Origin: Bacteroidales bacterium
GTDB lineage: Bacteria > Bacteroidota > Bacteroidia > Bacteroidales > F082
Reading direction: 5' to 3'
DNA: 64,000 bases
Assembly: GCA_016282015.1 (NCBI GenBank)
Contig: JAEEJS010000042.1
Coordinates: forward strand, 41,924-105,923
Within the stretch, counting starts at the first letter, position 1; each line of letters starts with the position of its first letter. Below, in pieces: positions 47,701-55,680 of this stretch. The position numbers and the translations under genes were made by a program. Under the pieces are notes generated by a model, which searched no databases, had not been told where the DNA came from, and worked only from the letters and a program-made list of their open reading frames with translations.

Positions 47701-47971
47701 CCACTTCCTTCACTCCGTCCACCAGAGTGATGCAGATACGGCGGATTTTGCCGTCCACCAGCATCTCGCAGGCGCCGCATTTTCCGATGCCGCAGTTAAG
47801 GCTTCGGTTGCGCCCGTCAAGGCTGTGACTGTGTACCGGGAATCCGGCCTGATGCAATGCAGCGGCAATGGTGTAGCCTTTTTTGCCAACCACTTTCTGA
47901 CCATTATAAATAAACTCAACTGACTCGCCCTCGGCGATGTCAAGAATAGGATGTTTAGTGATTTTATACAT
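44741..47971 (-). CDS. multidomain FAD/Fe-S oxidoreductase: 2Fe-2S + NAD(P)/FAD disulfide-reductase-like + 2x[4Fe-4S] + BFD-like 2Fe-2S + DAO-type amine dehydrogenase (HcnABC / OoxAB / SoxAB-like fusion)
   Basis: 'NCGIGKCGACEMLVDGKIRRIC'; 'VAIIGAGPAGLA' and 'VLTVGAGNIGYL'; 'CVYGFACNPCSFSCP' and 'CIGCMNCVNHCP'; 'CHCEDI...MGMGPCRGKRC'; 'VFIAGGGIAGSA'. The track start at 47980 is a TTG; ATG is at 47971. Confidence 0.8.
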   Translation of the reverse strand: MYKITKHPILDIAEGESVEFIYNGQKVVGKKGYTIAAALHQAGFPVHSHSLDGRNRSLNCGIGKCGACEMLVDGKIRRICITLVDGVKEVEPINNEANVLPDAKEHQPREVKVYKTQVAIIGAGPAGLACREQLNKLGISNVVVDNNARIGGQFNMQTHQFFFFEKEQKFGGMRGFDIAKTLAGDNHEGILLNYVVWDLLEGKRIAIKNIETQEMAYIDAEHLVVATGAVPFMPTFENDDLPGVYTAAVFQKMMNQEHTLLGKKVLTVGAGNIGYLTSYQGMQAGAHIKAIIEGMDHEGGFPVQANRVRRLGIPIMTSHVLLKAIPNKDHTGIVGAVIAKCENFKPIPGTEQIIDDIDIINICTGLIPDSQLLVKGREVFGLNTYGAGDAIRIGEGTSAVLRGKQAAFEVAQSMGLRFNYDEYLEVSKQYIESQQHPIRVLQEPNKPTAERMVAKPFVIADCVYGFACNPCSFSCPQGAITKSSTNTVPVIDYDKCIGCMNCVNHCPGLAIFGYDMKKNTLFLPVEYEVNEGVEVFLVDDNGKKVGEGVVEKVLKKNNKTNVARVIAKDVTRDKLTEARGFIVKENYPEPIDFKPLKAVESETYVCHCEDIKLDKVLSVIGDRKTISVDELKHITRMGMGPCRGKRCIPRARQILRTYGIELVGDATPRAPLSNQVSLDDLYNPKTKETFVFPKMNDVKKEKVEVFIAGGGIAGSALFRYFSEAGKKPVMINYSRGASWRCIGGGRPAFSNPDIADIAVHNHEIFKNMQKEHNINYHLTHYVNLVHDEATYKSLDASRAWSDAYMIDRKDFKKEISPLWDDKKDTYSHALITRDCWQATPGRVIDYIRGIGVQNGGRYFEDCELLHVQKVGGHYVTLVRTHEGAYVEYTCDHFVNAMGWGAEKFNDMLGLDTGLYPVKHQAFITRRLPMMGPNGGPLDMIIDRRHYKGFSAVYGQQWAHTGQIIGCASPDTDAYEARQNIKYNSKEFLEIVSEVFAEWIPNLGEVSFLACWAGRYTEPRYIVDPEVGLLTGLRGHGFMLGQYLAKIYVDKYLGKQVPGYMEDLKITGKGLSENAFK

Positions 47972-48010
47972 GCTTTTCAATTTTGCTATTCAAACTCGAA
48001 AAATGAATTG

Positions 48011-48018
48011 CAAAGTTA
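48011..48018 (-). promoter_or_regulatory. candidate -7 box (TAnnTTTG) for the fused oxidoreductase gene
   Basis: Plus-strand 'caaagtta' = minus-strand TAACTTTG, 39 nt upstream of ATG 47971. Confidence 0.4.
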
Positions 48019-48076
48019 AAAAGCTGATTTTATAAAAACAAGAAATTTTTGAAAAAATTTAGCACTTGGACTATAA

Positions 48077-49246
48077 CTAAAGACTGCTCTCTTTAATCTT
48101 CTTATCCTTGTAGCTTCCTTCGAAAATCTCGAACTTCTCGAACTTGCACTCCAGGGGACCGTTATAGATGTCAATCTTCTTGGAAGGCTTCAGTCCGATA
48201 AGCTTTATAACGTCTTTGTTCGAGCTGATAATCCAAGCCTCAAAACCCTTGAAGTTCTTTTTGAGAGCGTCTCCTATGCCCTTGTAAAGGTTGATAAGGT
48301 CTTTTTCTTCCAGACGTTCACCGTAAGGAGGGTTAATTATCATGATGCCGCCGCCTTCCGGAGGTACCATGGTGAACATATCCTGTTTGCTCAACTTGAT
48401 GTCGTGATGCAGATGTGCGTTCTCAATGTTGGCTTTTGCAATCTCCACAGCCTTGGCTGAATGGTCTGATGCAAGAATCTCATAATCGAACTCTTCCATC
48501 TCGGCTCCGGCATCCATCACCACCCTCTGCCACAGCTCCTCATCGAAGTCATGCCATGTCATGAAGCCCCATTTTTTACGGAAGAAACCAGCCGGTATGC
48601 CTAGTGCCAGCATGGCCGCCTCAATCGGGATGGTACCCGAGCCGCACATGCAGTCTACGAAGTTGCAGTCGCACTTCCAGCCAGTGAGTTTTATCAGACC
48701 GGCTGCCAACACCTCGCTCATAGGAGCCTTGTCCACAGCTTTGCGGTAGCCGCGTTTGTGCAACGACTCGCCAGAGCTGTCGAACGACAACGTAACTTTC
48801 TCATTCTCAATATGCACATTAATTCTCAGGTCAGGGTTCTCCACATCAACCGAAGGACGTGCTCCGAAATGCTGGCGGAACTCGTCTGCTATGGCGTCTT
48901 TCACCTTGAGAGCTGCATACTGGGAATGCGTAAAATAAGAGCCGCTCGTCACCGCGTCGATGGCGAACGTCTCGTTTATGTTAAAAATCTCATGCCATTT
49001 GATTTTGAAGACGTTGTTGTAAAGCATCAGCTCGTTGCGAGCCACAAACGTCATCACAGGCTTTAATATGCGCAATGCAGTGCGGCAGCAGTAGTTGGCT
49101 CTGTACATCAGCGCCTTGTCGCCTTCGAAGCTTACGGCGCGGTTAAGCACCTCCACATTCTCCGCTCCCATGGACGTCAACTCCTCGGCGAGGACATTTT
49201 CGAGTCCCGCCATAGTTTTGGCGACCATTTTATAGGAGTTTTCCAT
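48077..49246 (-). CDS. THUMP-domain class I SAM-dependent RNA methyltransferase (RlmL/RlmK N-domain-like)
   Basis: 'AKTMAGLENVLAEEL' THUMP N-terminus, 'DCMCGSGTIPIEAA' (SAM motif I), 'IINPPYGERL' (motif IV). Start set to ATG 49246, 2 nt after the HIT stop, instead of the overlapping 49279. Confidence 0.85.
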   Translation of the reverse strand: MENSYKMVAKTMAGLENVLAEELTSMGAENVEVLNRAVSFEGDKALMYRANYCCRTALRILKPVMTFVARNELMLYNNVFKIKWHEIFNINETFAIDAVTSGSYFTHSQYAALKVKDAIADEFRQHFGARPSVDVENPDLRINVHIENEKVTLSFDSSGESLHKRGYRKAVDKAPMSEVLAAGLIKLTGWKCDCNFVDCMCGSGTIPIEAAMLALGIPAGFFRKKWGFMTWHDFDEELWQRVVMDAGAEMEEFDYEILASDHSAKAVEIAKANIENAHLHHDIKLSKQDMFTMVPPEGGGIMIINPPYGERLEEKDLINLYKGIGDALKKNFKGFEAWIISSNKDVIKLIGLKPSKKIDIYNGPLECKFEKFEIFEGSYKDKKIKESSL

Positions 49247-49248
49247 CT

Positions 49249-49641
49249 TTACAGATTCTCGACAATCTTCTTCTGCCATTCTTTAAACTGCTCCTCTGTA
49301 GGATGCATCTTCTCACGCCTGAAGTCGATATCGCCTTCTTTCTGCATAGGAACGAGGTGGATATGTGCGTGAGGCACTTCGAGGCCAATCACAGCCACTC
49401 CCACTTTCTTGCAAGGTATGGCTTTCTTGATAGCCACAGCTATCTTCTTGGCAAACACAATCATCTCGGCCAGATCAGCGTCCGAAATATCGAAGATATA
49501 GTCTTCTTCTTTCTTAGGGATCACCAAAGTATGACCCGGTGTAAGCGGACTGATGTCGAAGAATGCGAAAAACTTGTCGTTTTCTGCAATTTTGTAGCAA
49601 GGAATCTCACCTGCCACTATTTTTGAAAATATTGATGCCAT
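49249..49641 (-). CDS. HIT-family nucleotide hydrolase/transferase
   Basis: 'CIFSKIVAGEIP'-type N-terminus ('SIFSKIVAGEIPCYKI') and the histidine triad 'HAHIHLVP'. Confidence 0.9.
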   Translation of the reverse strand: MASIFSKIVAGEIPCYKIAENDKFFAFFDISPLTPGHTLVIPKKEEDYIFDISDADLAEMIVFAKKIAVAIKKAIPCKKVGVAVIGLEVPHAHIHLVPMQKEGDIDFRREKMHPTEEQFKEWQKKIVENL

Positions 49642-49643
49642 GG

Positions 49644-50120
49644 TTATTCTCTTGTTATTTCAACAATTTCAAACATGAGTTTGCCGGCAGGAACCTGAAT
49701 CTCCACCTGCTCTCCCACCGATTTACCAAGCAAACCTTTTGCTATAGGCGATGTGATGGAAATCTTTCCCGCCTTAAGGTTAGCCTCTTTTTCAGGCACT
49801 ATGGTGTAGGTCATCATCTGTTTTGACTTCACGTTCTTGATTTTCACAGTCGAGAGAATCAAAACCTTTGATGTATCCATCTTCGATTCGTCGATGACAC
49901 GGGCGTTGGCGATGGTGAGTTGCAGTTTCACTATCTTCATTTCCAGAAGCTGTTGGGCTTCCTTTGCAGCGTCGTATTCAGCATTTTCCGACAGGTCACC
50001 CTTATCGCGTGCTTCGGCTATTGCCGCGGCGATTTTCGGGCGCTCGTTGACACAAAGGTTTTCCAACTCATCTTTCAGTTTCTGCAGTCCCGCTTGGGTA
50101 AAATATTCTACGTCTGCCAT
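49644..50120 (-). CDS. greA: transcription elongation factor GreA
   Basis: 'GDLSENAEYDAAKEAQ' coiled-coil tip and 'ISITSPIAKGLLGKSVGE'; 158 aa. Confidence 0.95.
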   Translation of the reverse strand: MADVEYFTQAGLQKLKDELENLCVNERPKIAAAIAEARDKGDLSENAEYDAAKEAQQLLEMKIVKLQLTIANARVIDESKMDTSKVLILSTVKIKNVKSKQMMTYTIVPEKEANLKAGKISITSPIAKGLLGKSVGEQVEIQVPAGKLMFEIVEITRE

Positions 50121-50152
50121 AATTTATAACTTTTTAAATTGTAAAAAAGAGA

Positions 50153-50170
50153 CCCTTATCGAAATAAGGG
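50153..50170. terminator. hairpin with flanking A/T runs, ending the T9SS-related operon upstream of the greA promoter
   Basis: AAAAAAGAGA-CCCTTAT-CGAA-ATAAGGG-CCCTTTTTT. Confidence 0.55.
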
Positions 50171-50194
50171 CCCTTTTTTCCGTAAAATTGTATG

Positions 50195-50202
50195 CAAAGA
50201 TA
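50195..50202 (-). promoter_or_regulatory. candidate -7 box (TAnnTTTG) for the greA-HIT-methyltransferase operon
   Basis: Plus-strand 'caaagata' = minus-strand TATCTTTG, 74 nt upstream of ATG 50120. Confidence 0.35.
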
Positions 50203-50230
50203 CAACTTTTTTTTGATATACAAGATTTTT

Positions 50231-51295
50231 TTAGAATAAAATTCTTGCACCAATTGAGTGTGTACCTTTCCAGTGTGCTGTGTCGCGATATGAGTAGTCA
50301 ATGCAAACCTTCAAACCTTTGTCGTTGAGAGGAGCCTGCACTGTGGCACCGAGTGACAAACCTCTGTTGACGTTTGAGCAATCAGCGTCCTCAATATCTT
50401 TTGCTGCACCGCTTTCAAAGGTGTAACCGGCACGGAGTAAGAGGATGTCTCTGAATGAACCCTCAACACCGCCGATAAACTGGTCCTTTGAGAATGCGTT
50501 TGAGTTGAAGTTGAATGCAAGGGTCAAACGGCTGTTTCTCTGGAAATTGAAGTCGTATGCCGCTGCAATGTTCAACTGTGTAGGAAGCTCAAACTCATCG
50601 GCGCGCTGCACAACTGTAAGGTTAGATGCCATGCCGTCGAGAAGCACCGAGTATGACAGACCGTCGCCGCTGTACTTCATGGTAGGTCCGATGTTCTTAA
50701 GGGCGATACCGAAGTGAATGTTATCGGTAATACCTGTCACATACTGGATACCAGCGTCCAAAGCGACACCTGTACCTGTCATATCAGCTATTGACTCGCT
50801 TATGATCTTCAAGACGAAACCGCCGTGAATACTGTTAGAGAACGATTTGGCGATGGCGATGTTGATGTTCATCAAGCTTGGTTTGTATGTACCAATGCCA
50901 CCGTCAGGGTGTTCTGTATCAGTTCTATCGATTGAACCGAAGCTCATCGACATGACCGAGAGACCTCCCACCACCGATTCCGACACGCGGAACAGCATAC
51001 CGAACGAAATTACGTTTGTACCTGAACCGGCCAGCCAGTTGGTGTATGAGAAGTTGATGTCCATAGTGTTGGTGAATGAAATACCTGCCACGTTGCTCCA
51101 CATAGCGTCTACACCTTTGACGGATGCCATACCGGCATTGCCCCATCCAGATGACATAGCCCATGGATTAACCAACAGCTCATTTGCACCTGCTTGACCT
51201 GCTCTATCCTTATTACCAGCGAATAATTGTGAGCTTGTAAATCCAATGATGATTGTCAAGCTTGCTATTACGATATTTCTAAATAACTTTTTCAT
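50231..51295 (-). CDS. PorV/PorQ-family (FadL-like) outer-membrane beta-barrel protein
   Basis: Signal peptide, then 'AGQAGANELLVNPWAMSSGWGNAGMASVKGVDAMWSNVAGISF'. This follows the family N-terminal pattern (aG.aGa.fL.i...aR..amGgA..A..dda.a...NPAGl). Beta-strand periodicity throughout; C-terminal aromatic residue 'ARILF'. Confidence 0.55.
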   Translation of the reverse strand: MKKLFRNIVIASLTIIIGFTSSQLFAGNKDRAGQAGANELLVNPWAMSSGWGNAGMASVKGVDAMWSNVAGISFTNTMDINFSYTNWLAGSGTNVISFGMLFRVSESVVGGLSVMSMSFGSIDRTDTEHPDGGIGTYKPSLMNINIAIAKSFSNSIHGGFVLKIISESIADMTGTGVALDAGIQYVTGITDNIHFGIALKNIGPTMKYSGDGLSYSVLLDGMASNLTVVQRADEFELPTQLNIAAAYDFNFQRNSRLTLAFNFNSNAFSKDQFIGGVEGSFRDILLLRAGYTFESGAAKDIEDADCSNVNRGLSLGATVQAPLNDKGLKVCIDYSYRDTAHWKGTHSIGARILF

Positions 51296-51328
51296 GATCG
51301 TCTGATTTTAATTTGTTCGCGTAATAAT

Positions 51329-54300
51329 TTAGAATGTATTTAAGTCAATCTGGCGCATTGCGCAATAGAACTTAACTGTGTGTTCACCACCGTTCACGTT
51401 GTCTTTTACATGGATGATGTAGATACCGCTCGCAATAGGTGTGTTGGCGTGGTTAGTCAAATCCCAATCGATTGAGGTAACTGAAGAGTCATCCTTCTTG
51501 AACTGACGGATCTTTGTGCCGTTCACAGCGTAGATGGTCACGACGCACTTGTCAGGCAAGTTGGCGATCTTAACTCTGTGGATAAGAGCGTTGCTCTCGT
51601 AGTTGGCGTATGCGTAGTATGGGTTTGGAATGACCTTGATGAGTTCGTGGTCTTTCTGTCCCTTTGCTTCGTTCTTCAGTTCAACATCGTAACCCTTGGT
51701 TGTGAATGTGTAGTATGGCAAGAAACCTTGGTGGTTGATAGTGTCGTACAACTCTTCTGTGATTGTATCCAGCGGAATTGTAGCATAACCGAACTTGTAA
51801 GGTTTGCTCAGACGTACAGAAATCTTAACTGGGTTGCCTTCAGGTAACCATTCTTTACCTTTAATGCTCATTGGCATTCCGACCCATGTTGGCTGACCCC
51901 AGAAAGCGATCTTGTAAACCTGGTTGCTCTGAGCGTCGCAAGCATTCAAAGCGTTGAACAAAGCTGCACCACCGTCGTATGCCGGGCATGGCAACGGAAT
52001 GTTACCGGCTTTTGCATTATTCATCGGGAATACGTAAACATAGTGTTTAGCACCGAAGATTGCATTACCAGAAATCTGGTCGAAGATAACAGGATCTGCG
52101 AGCTGTGAACCGCCAGCAGCTGTTGATTCCAGAACCGCTGGAGGATTCAATTTCATGTCGCGGCCATTGAGGTCGGCATAGAATGAATCTTCACCGAAGA
52201 TCACGTTCAAACGTGCACCAGTCTCAATGTCGATGACATAGCCTGGGAACCAACCCATACCCCATGGGCTGATGTAGGCCGGAGACTCTGGATCGTCGCT
52301 CGGTTCCATATTCAATGCTGCTTCGTATGATTCGGCGGCGTAGTTGCCGTTCTTATCGACTGAAGCGTGACGACGGATACCGTATGGTTTTGCGTTGTTC
52401 TCAGCCAATGACTGACTCATTGACATCTCAACAACCACGCAACGGGTCCATTTATCCTTATCGGCTGTCAAAACGATATCGATTGAACCGACTTTCTGGA
52501 AGATTGAATCCTGACGGCAGTTAGCCTTGAAGACAGGACCTGGGTTGAATGTACCTGAGTTACCTGACACATTGCAGAGTATGTATGGAGCCCATGTACC
52601 CTCAGCTATACTCTCGAAGTTTGAATTCGGGTCGTATGGCTTGGTCACTGAGCTTGTTGATGAACTCACGCTATAGTCGTTGTTCTGGGCATTGTCCTGG
52701 TCAGCATAGTTACCGGCACGGATCCAGTTCAGAGGACTTGATGCTGTAGCGTCATCATCTCTGATACCTGAGAGCCAACGGTATGAACTGTCGGCGTATG
52801 TCACTGACGATGTGATAACACCGTTGTTGTATGCCAAAGTCTTCCAAACAGCGTCGTCATCATTGCCTGATGTACCGACTTTGTATGGTCCGAATCTCCA
52901 TGGCTGTTCGATTTCAACTGAAATACCTCTGTCGATGAACAGCTTTTCGCTTGAGAGTTCGGTTGTTGTGTCTGACACATACTCGTCTCCTGAGATAAGG
53001 TCTTTCAAAGTCCATCTGAAAGCTTTCTTAGAAGCTGTATCACCCTTAATGGCAGGGTCACCGATAACATTGCTTATAACCTTCTTCGAGAAGTCGTGGA
53101 ACCAGATGGCGTAATCTGTTGCATAAACATTCAACGGGTCAACGATCTTAACATTCACCGGGCCATAACCTCTCTTGTATGTCGGGTGATAGAGCACCGG
53201 GTAGTTAGCCATACCGAACTTGTTGGTCTCGCTTGCTGGAGCGCTCTTCAACAGCTCTTCAACATCAGCTTCATCAAGCTCGAGCTGGTTACCACCGTTG
53301 CCGATACCGGTCCAACGTGTGATGACCGGCTTGTCACCGTATGATGAGTTGACAACTGTACCGTTCACAATCTTATGAGGGATTGCTGAATACAGTTTGA
53401 TGTTCTTACGACCTGCAAGGTATGGTTCCTTCTGACCCTGACCCTCAGTTGTCTCAGGATCGTAGGTCAAGTAGTTGTTGTAAGCGTAAGCGATAGCCAT
53501 GAAGTAGTAGGTGTGGTGGTTGACCAAGCTCGGGTCGTTGTTCTTTGTGAACTGGTCTTGTGTCACCACGAATGAGTGTGTAACGCCATTGTCGGCACCT
53601 TCAACTTCGAGAGTAGGAACGCTGTAGCCGAGGTTTTCATCATACTTGAAGTTGATGATTCTGCTGACATTGTTCTTTATGTCGCACTGGAAGATAAGAC
53701 GTGCCTTGGTGTCGTCGTCGATTTCGTCAGCGCTGACTTCGGCATTGGCAAGCTGATACACTTTGTAACCTTCGAAACGGAAGTATTTGTCGAAATCAAC
53801 CCACTTGCCGTCGATGGTGTCACCGTCCGGGATGTTAGGATCCATTTCAGCATAGTCTTCATGAGCGTTGTTTGATGTCTCTGAATTTGACAAGAAGATG
53901 ATGAGGGTCTTGTCGAGTTCGCGGATTGTCAAGTCAGGAGCGTTCGGGCCGTCCAAAACTTTGAAGCAGTTATCGAACATTGACTGGCACTTGTCATCGA
54001 CCTTACGGAGAAGTTCGACTGAAGCCCAAGCCTTACCTGTGTTAGCACGTGCCCACGGCACACCGAATGTGATGTAGTTAACAGCACCTGATCTCAGTGT
54101 GAAAGGACCGGCTGACTGCATAAAACGACGGTCGTTGACAGGGTTCGGTTTACCGTTGTTACCTGTCTCTTCACTCCAGTAGAAACCGTTCTGGTTGAAA
54201 CCGCCATTAGGAGTCAAACCGCCAGTACCCCAGTTGCAAGGGTCTGAATCGTATGGGAACATGAAGTCGCAAGCAGGACCGACTGTACCGGCTGCACCTG

Positions 54301-55657
54301 GAACAGCTGTTCCGCCGTATTCCATCTTAGCACCGTTTTTCCAGATACCTCTAAGGAGGAGGTAGTATTCTGCTGCTACGTCAGGGTCACCGTTGACTGA
54401 TGACTGTGTGTTGTCGTGATACACGAAACGACGCATACCGAAACGTTCGTCATCGATGATGCCGTTACCGAAGTTGACACCGTTGATACTCTCGTCGCAC
54501 AGCTGCTCGCCGTATTGATCGTATTTCGGGTTGTCTTCGCCATCAGGATCGAGGTATGGGCCCTGGAAGAAGTCGACACCGACCGCTGGAGGGTTGGCAC
54601 CGTAAGCTTCTGTCTGACCGTTACCGTCGACGTTGGCACCGTTGTAACCGTAACCGAGACCGCGTGATACGTCGCATCCTACATAGTCATCCTTAGCATA
54701 ACCAAGGTCAACGTCTGTCCAAGGTGAGAAGTATGTGTTGGTCAAAGTATAAGTTGAACGGTTGATAATCTCGTAGCTGTAGAAAGTCATGTTGTTGATC
54801 TCATCATTTGTCGAGAAGGCAAATGCTTGAGCTCTGATTTCCATACCGATGGCTGAACCGCCTGTTTCAGTGTGAGCGTTACCTTTATCGTTGAACACCC
54901 ACCAAATTGTCTGGTCACCCTTAATCACCTGGTCGGCGAGGATTGATCCGTGAACTGTACCTACATAGTCCTCTTCCATTGTTGAAGTCTGTGTGTGGCA
55001 GAGTTCGTTGGTGATGTCATAGTAAGGATAGTCACCCTGTGTAGGATCGTAGTTACCGTCTTCGTCTCTATCAAAGAATGGAGCGAGATAGTAGCTCATG
55101 CCTCTTGACGGGTCGCCGTGAGCAGGCCAGTTGAGGATGTTGTTCGGGATTTCGTATCCTGCATCCGGAATACCGTTCTCGTCGCAATTGGCGAGGAAGT
55201 CGTCAACTTCAGCACGGGTGATGTTGTACATCTTGTCGTATTCCATACATGTAGCGGCGTCGATTGATGCTGTACCGTCCACTGTAAGAGGACCGGTCCA
55301 GAAGTCGTTACCTTCCTGACGGAAACGGATAGCGGCGCACTTCAACTGGTTGTTGATGTCCATACCGGCAATCCAAAGAGAACCGGCATACAGTGATGTT
55401 GCTGAACCGTTGGCTGGGATATAATACTTAGCTCCTGAACCACCTGGAAGGTCCCACCACATATCACCACCAGCGTTCACACGGACTCTCGCATTGTTGA
55501 TATTCAACCATGCAAAAGTTGATGATGGTGTACATCCAGCAGTGGTTTGTTTCAGATTCCGAGTCTGCGGTCCATTCATCTGGACTTTCTCGGCTCTTAC
55601 TTCAGTTACACTTGCAATAAGAAATGCAACAGTTAATAAACGAAATATAGTCTTCAT
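51329..55657 (-). CDS. 1442-aa secreted protein of unknown function with a T9SS/FlgD-Ig-like C-terminal sorting domain
   Basis: Signal peptide 'LLTVAFLIASVTEVRAE'. C-terminus 'VIPNPYYAYANYES...VTIYAVNGTKIRQF...IDWDLTNHANTPIASGIYIIHVKD'. No catalytic motif recognised. Confidence 0.75.
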   Translation of the reverse strand: MKTIFRLLTVAFLIASVTEVRAEKVQMNGPQTRNLKQTTAGCTPSSTFAWLNINNARVRVNAGGDMWWDLPGGSGAKYYIPANGSATSLYAGSLWIAGMDINNQLKCAAIRFRQEGNDFWTGPLTVDGTASIDAATCMEYDKMYNITRAEVDDFLANCDENGIPDAGYEIPNNILNWPAHGDPSRGMSYYLAPFFDRDEDGNYDPTQGDYPYYDITNELCHTQTSTMEEDYVGTVHGSILADQVIKGDQTIWWVFNDKGNAHTETGGSAIGMEIRAQAFAFSTNDEINNMTFYSYEIINRSTYTLTNTYFSPWTDVDLGYAKDDYVGCDVSRGLGYGYNGANVDGNGQTEAYGANPPAVGVDFFQGPYLDPDGEDNPKYDQYGEQLCDESINGVNFGNGIIDDERFGMRRFVYHDNTQSSVNGDPDVAAEYYLLLRGIWKNGAKMEYGGTAVPGAAGTVGPACDFMFPYDSDPCNWGTGGLTPNGGFNQNGFYWSEETGNNGKPNPVNDRRFMQSAGPFTLRSGAVNYITFGVPWARANTGKAWASVELLRKVDDKCQSMFDNCFKVLDGPNAPDLTIRELDKTLIIFLSNSETSNNAHEDYAEMDPNIPDGDTIDGKWVDFDKYFRFEGYKVYQLANAEVSADEIDDDTKARLIFQCDIKNNVSRIINFKYDENLGYSVPTLEVEGADNGVTHSFVVTQDQFTKNNDPSLVNHHTYYFMAIAYAYNNYLTYDPETTEGQGQKEPYLAGRKNIKLYSAIPHKIVNGTVVNSSYGDKPVITRWTGIGNGGNQLELDEADVEELLKSAPASETNKFGMANYPVLYHPTYKRGYGPVNVKIVDPLNVYATDYAIWFHDFSKKVISNVIGDPAIKGDTASKKAFRWTLKDLISGDEYVSDTTTELSSEKLFIDRGISVEIEQPWRFGPYKVGTSGNDDDAVWKTLAYNNGVITSSVTYADSSYRWLSGIRDDDATASSPLNWIRAGNYADQDNAQNNDYSVSSSTSSVTKPYDPNSNFESIAEGTWAPYILCNVSGNSGTFNPGPVFKANCRQDSIFQKVGSIDIVLTADKDKWTRCVVVEMSMSQSLAENNAKPYGIRRHASVDKNGNYAAESYEAALNMEPSDDPESPAYISPWGMGWFPGYVIDIETGARLNVIFGEDSFYADLNGRDMKLNPPAVLESTAAGGSQLADPVIFDQISGNAIFGAKHYVYVFPMNNAKAGNIPLPCPAYDGGAALFNALNACDAQSNQVYKIAFWGQPTWVGMPMSIKGKEWLPEGNPVKISVRLSKPYKFGYATIPLDTITEELYDTINHQGFLPYYTFTTKGYDVELKNEAKGQKDHELIKVIPNPYYAYANYESNALIHRVKIANLPDKCVVTIYAVNGTKIRQFKKDDSSVTSIDWDLTNHANTPIASGIYIIHVKDNVNGGEHTVKFYCAMRQIDLNTF

Positions 55658-55680
55658 ATTATCAGTATTTTATTTTCTGT

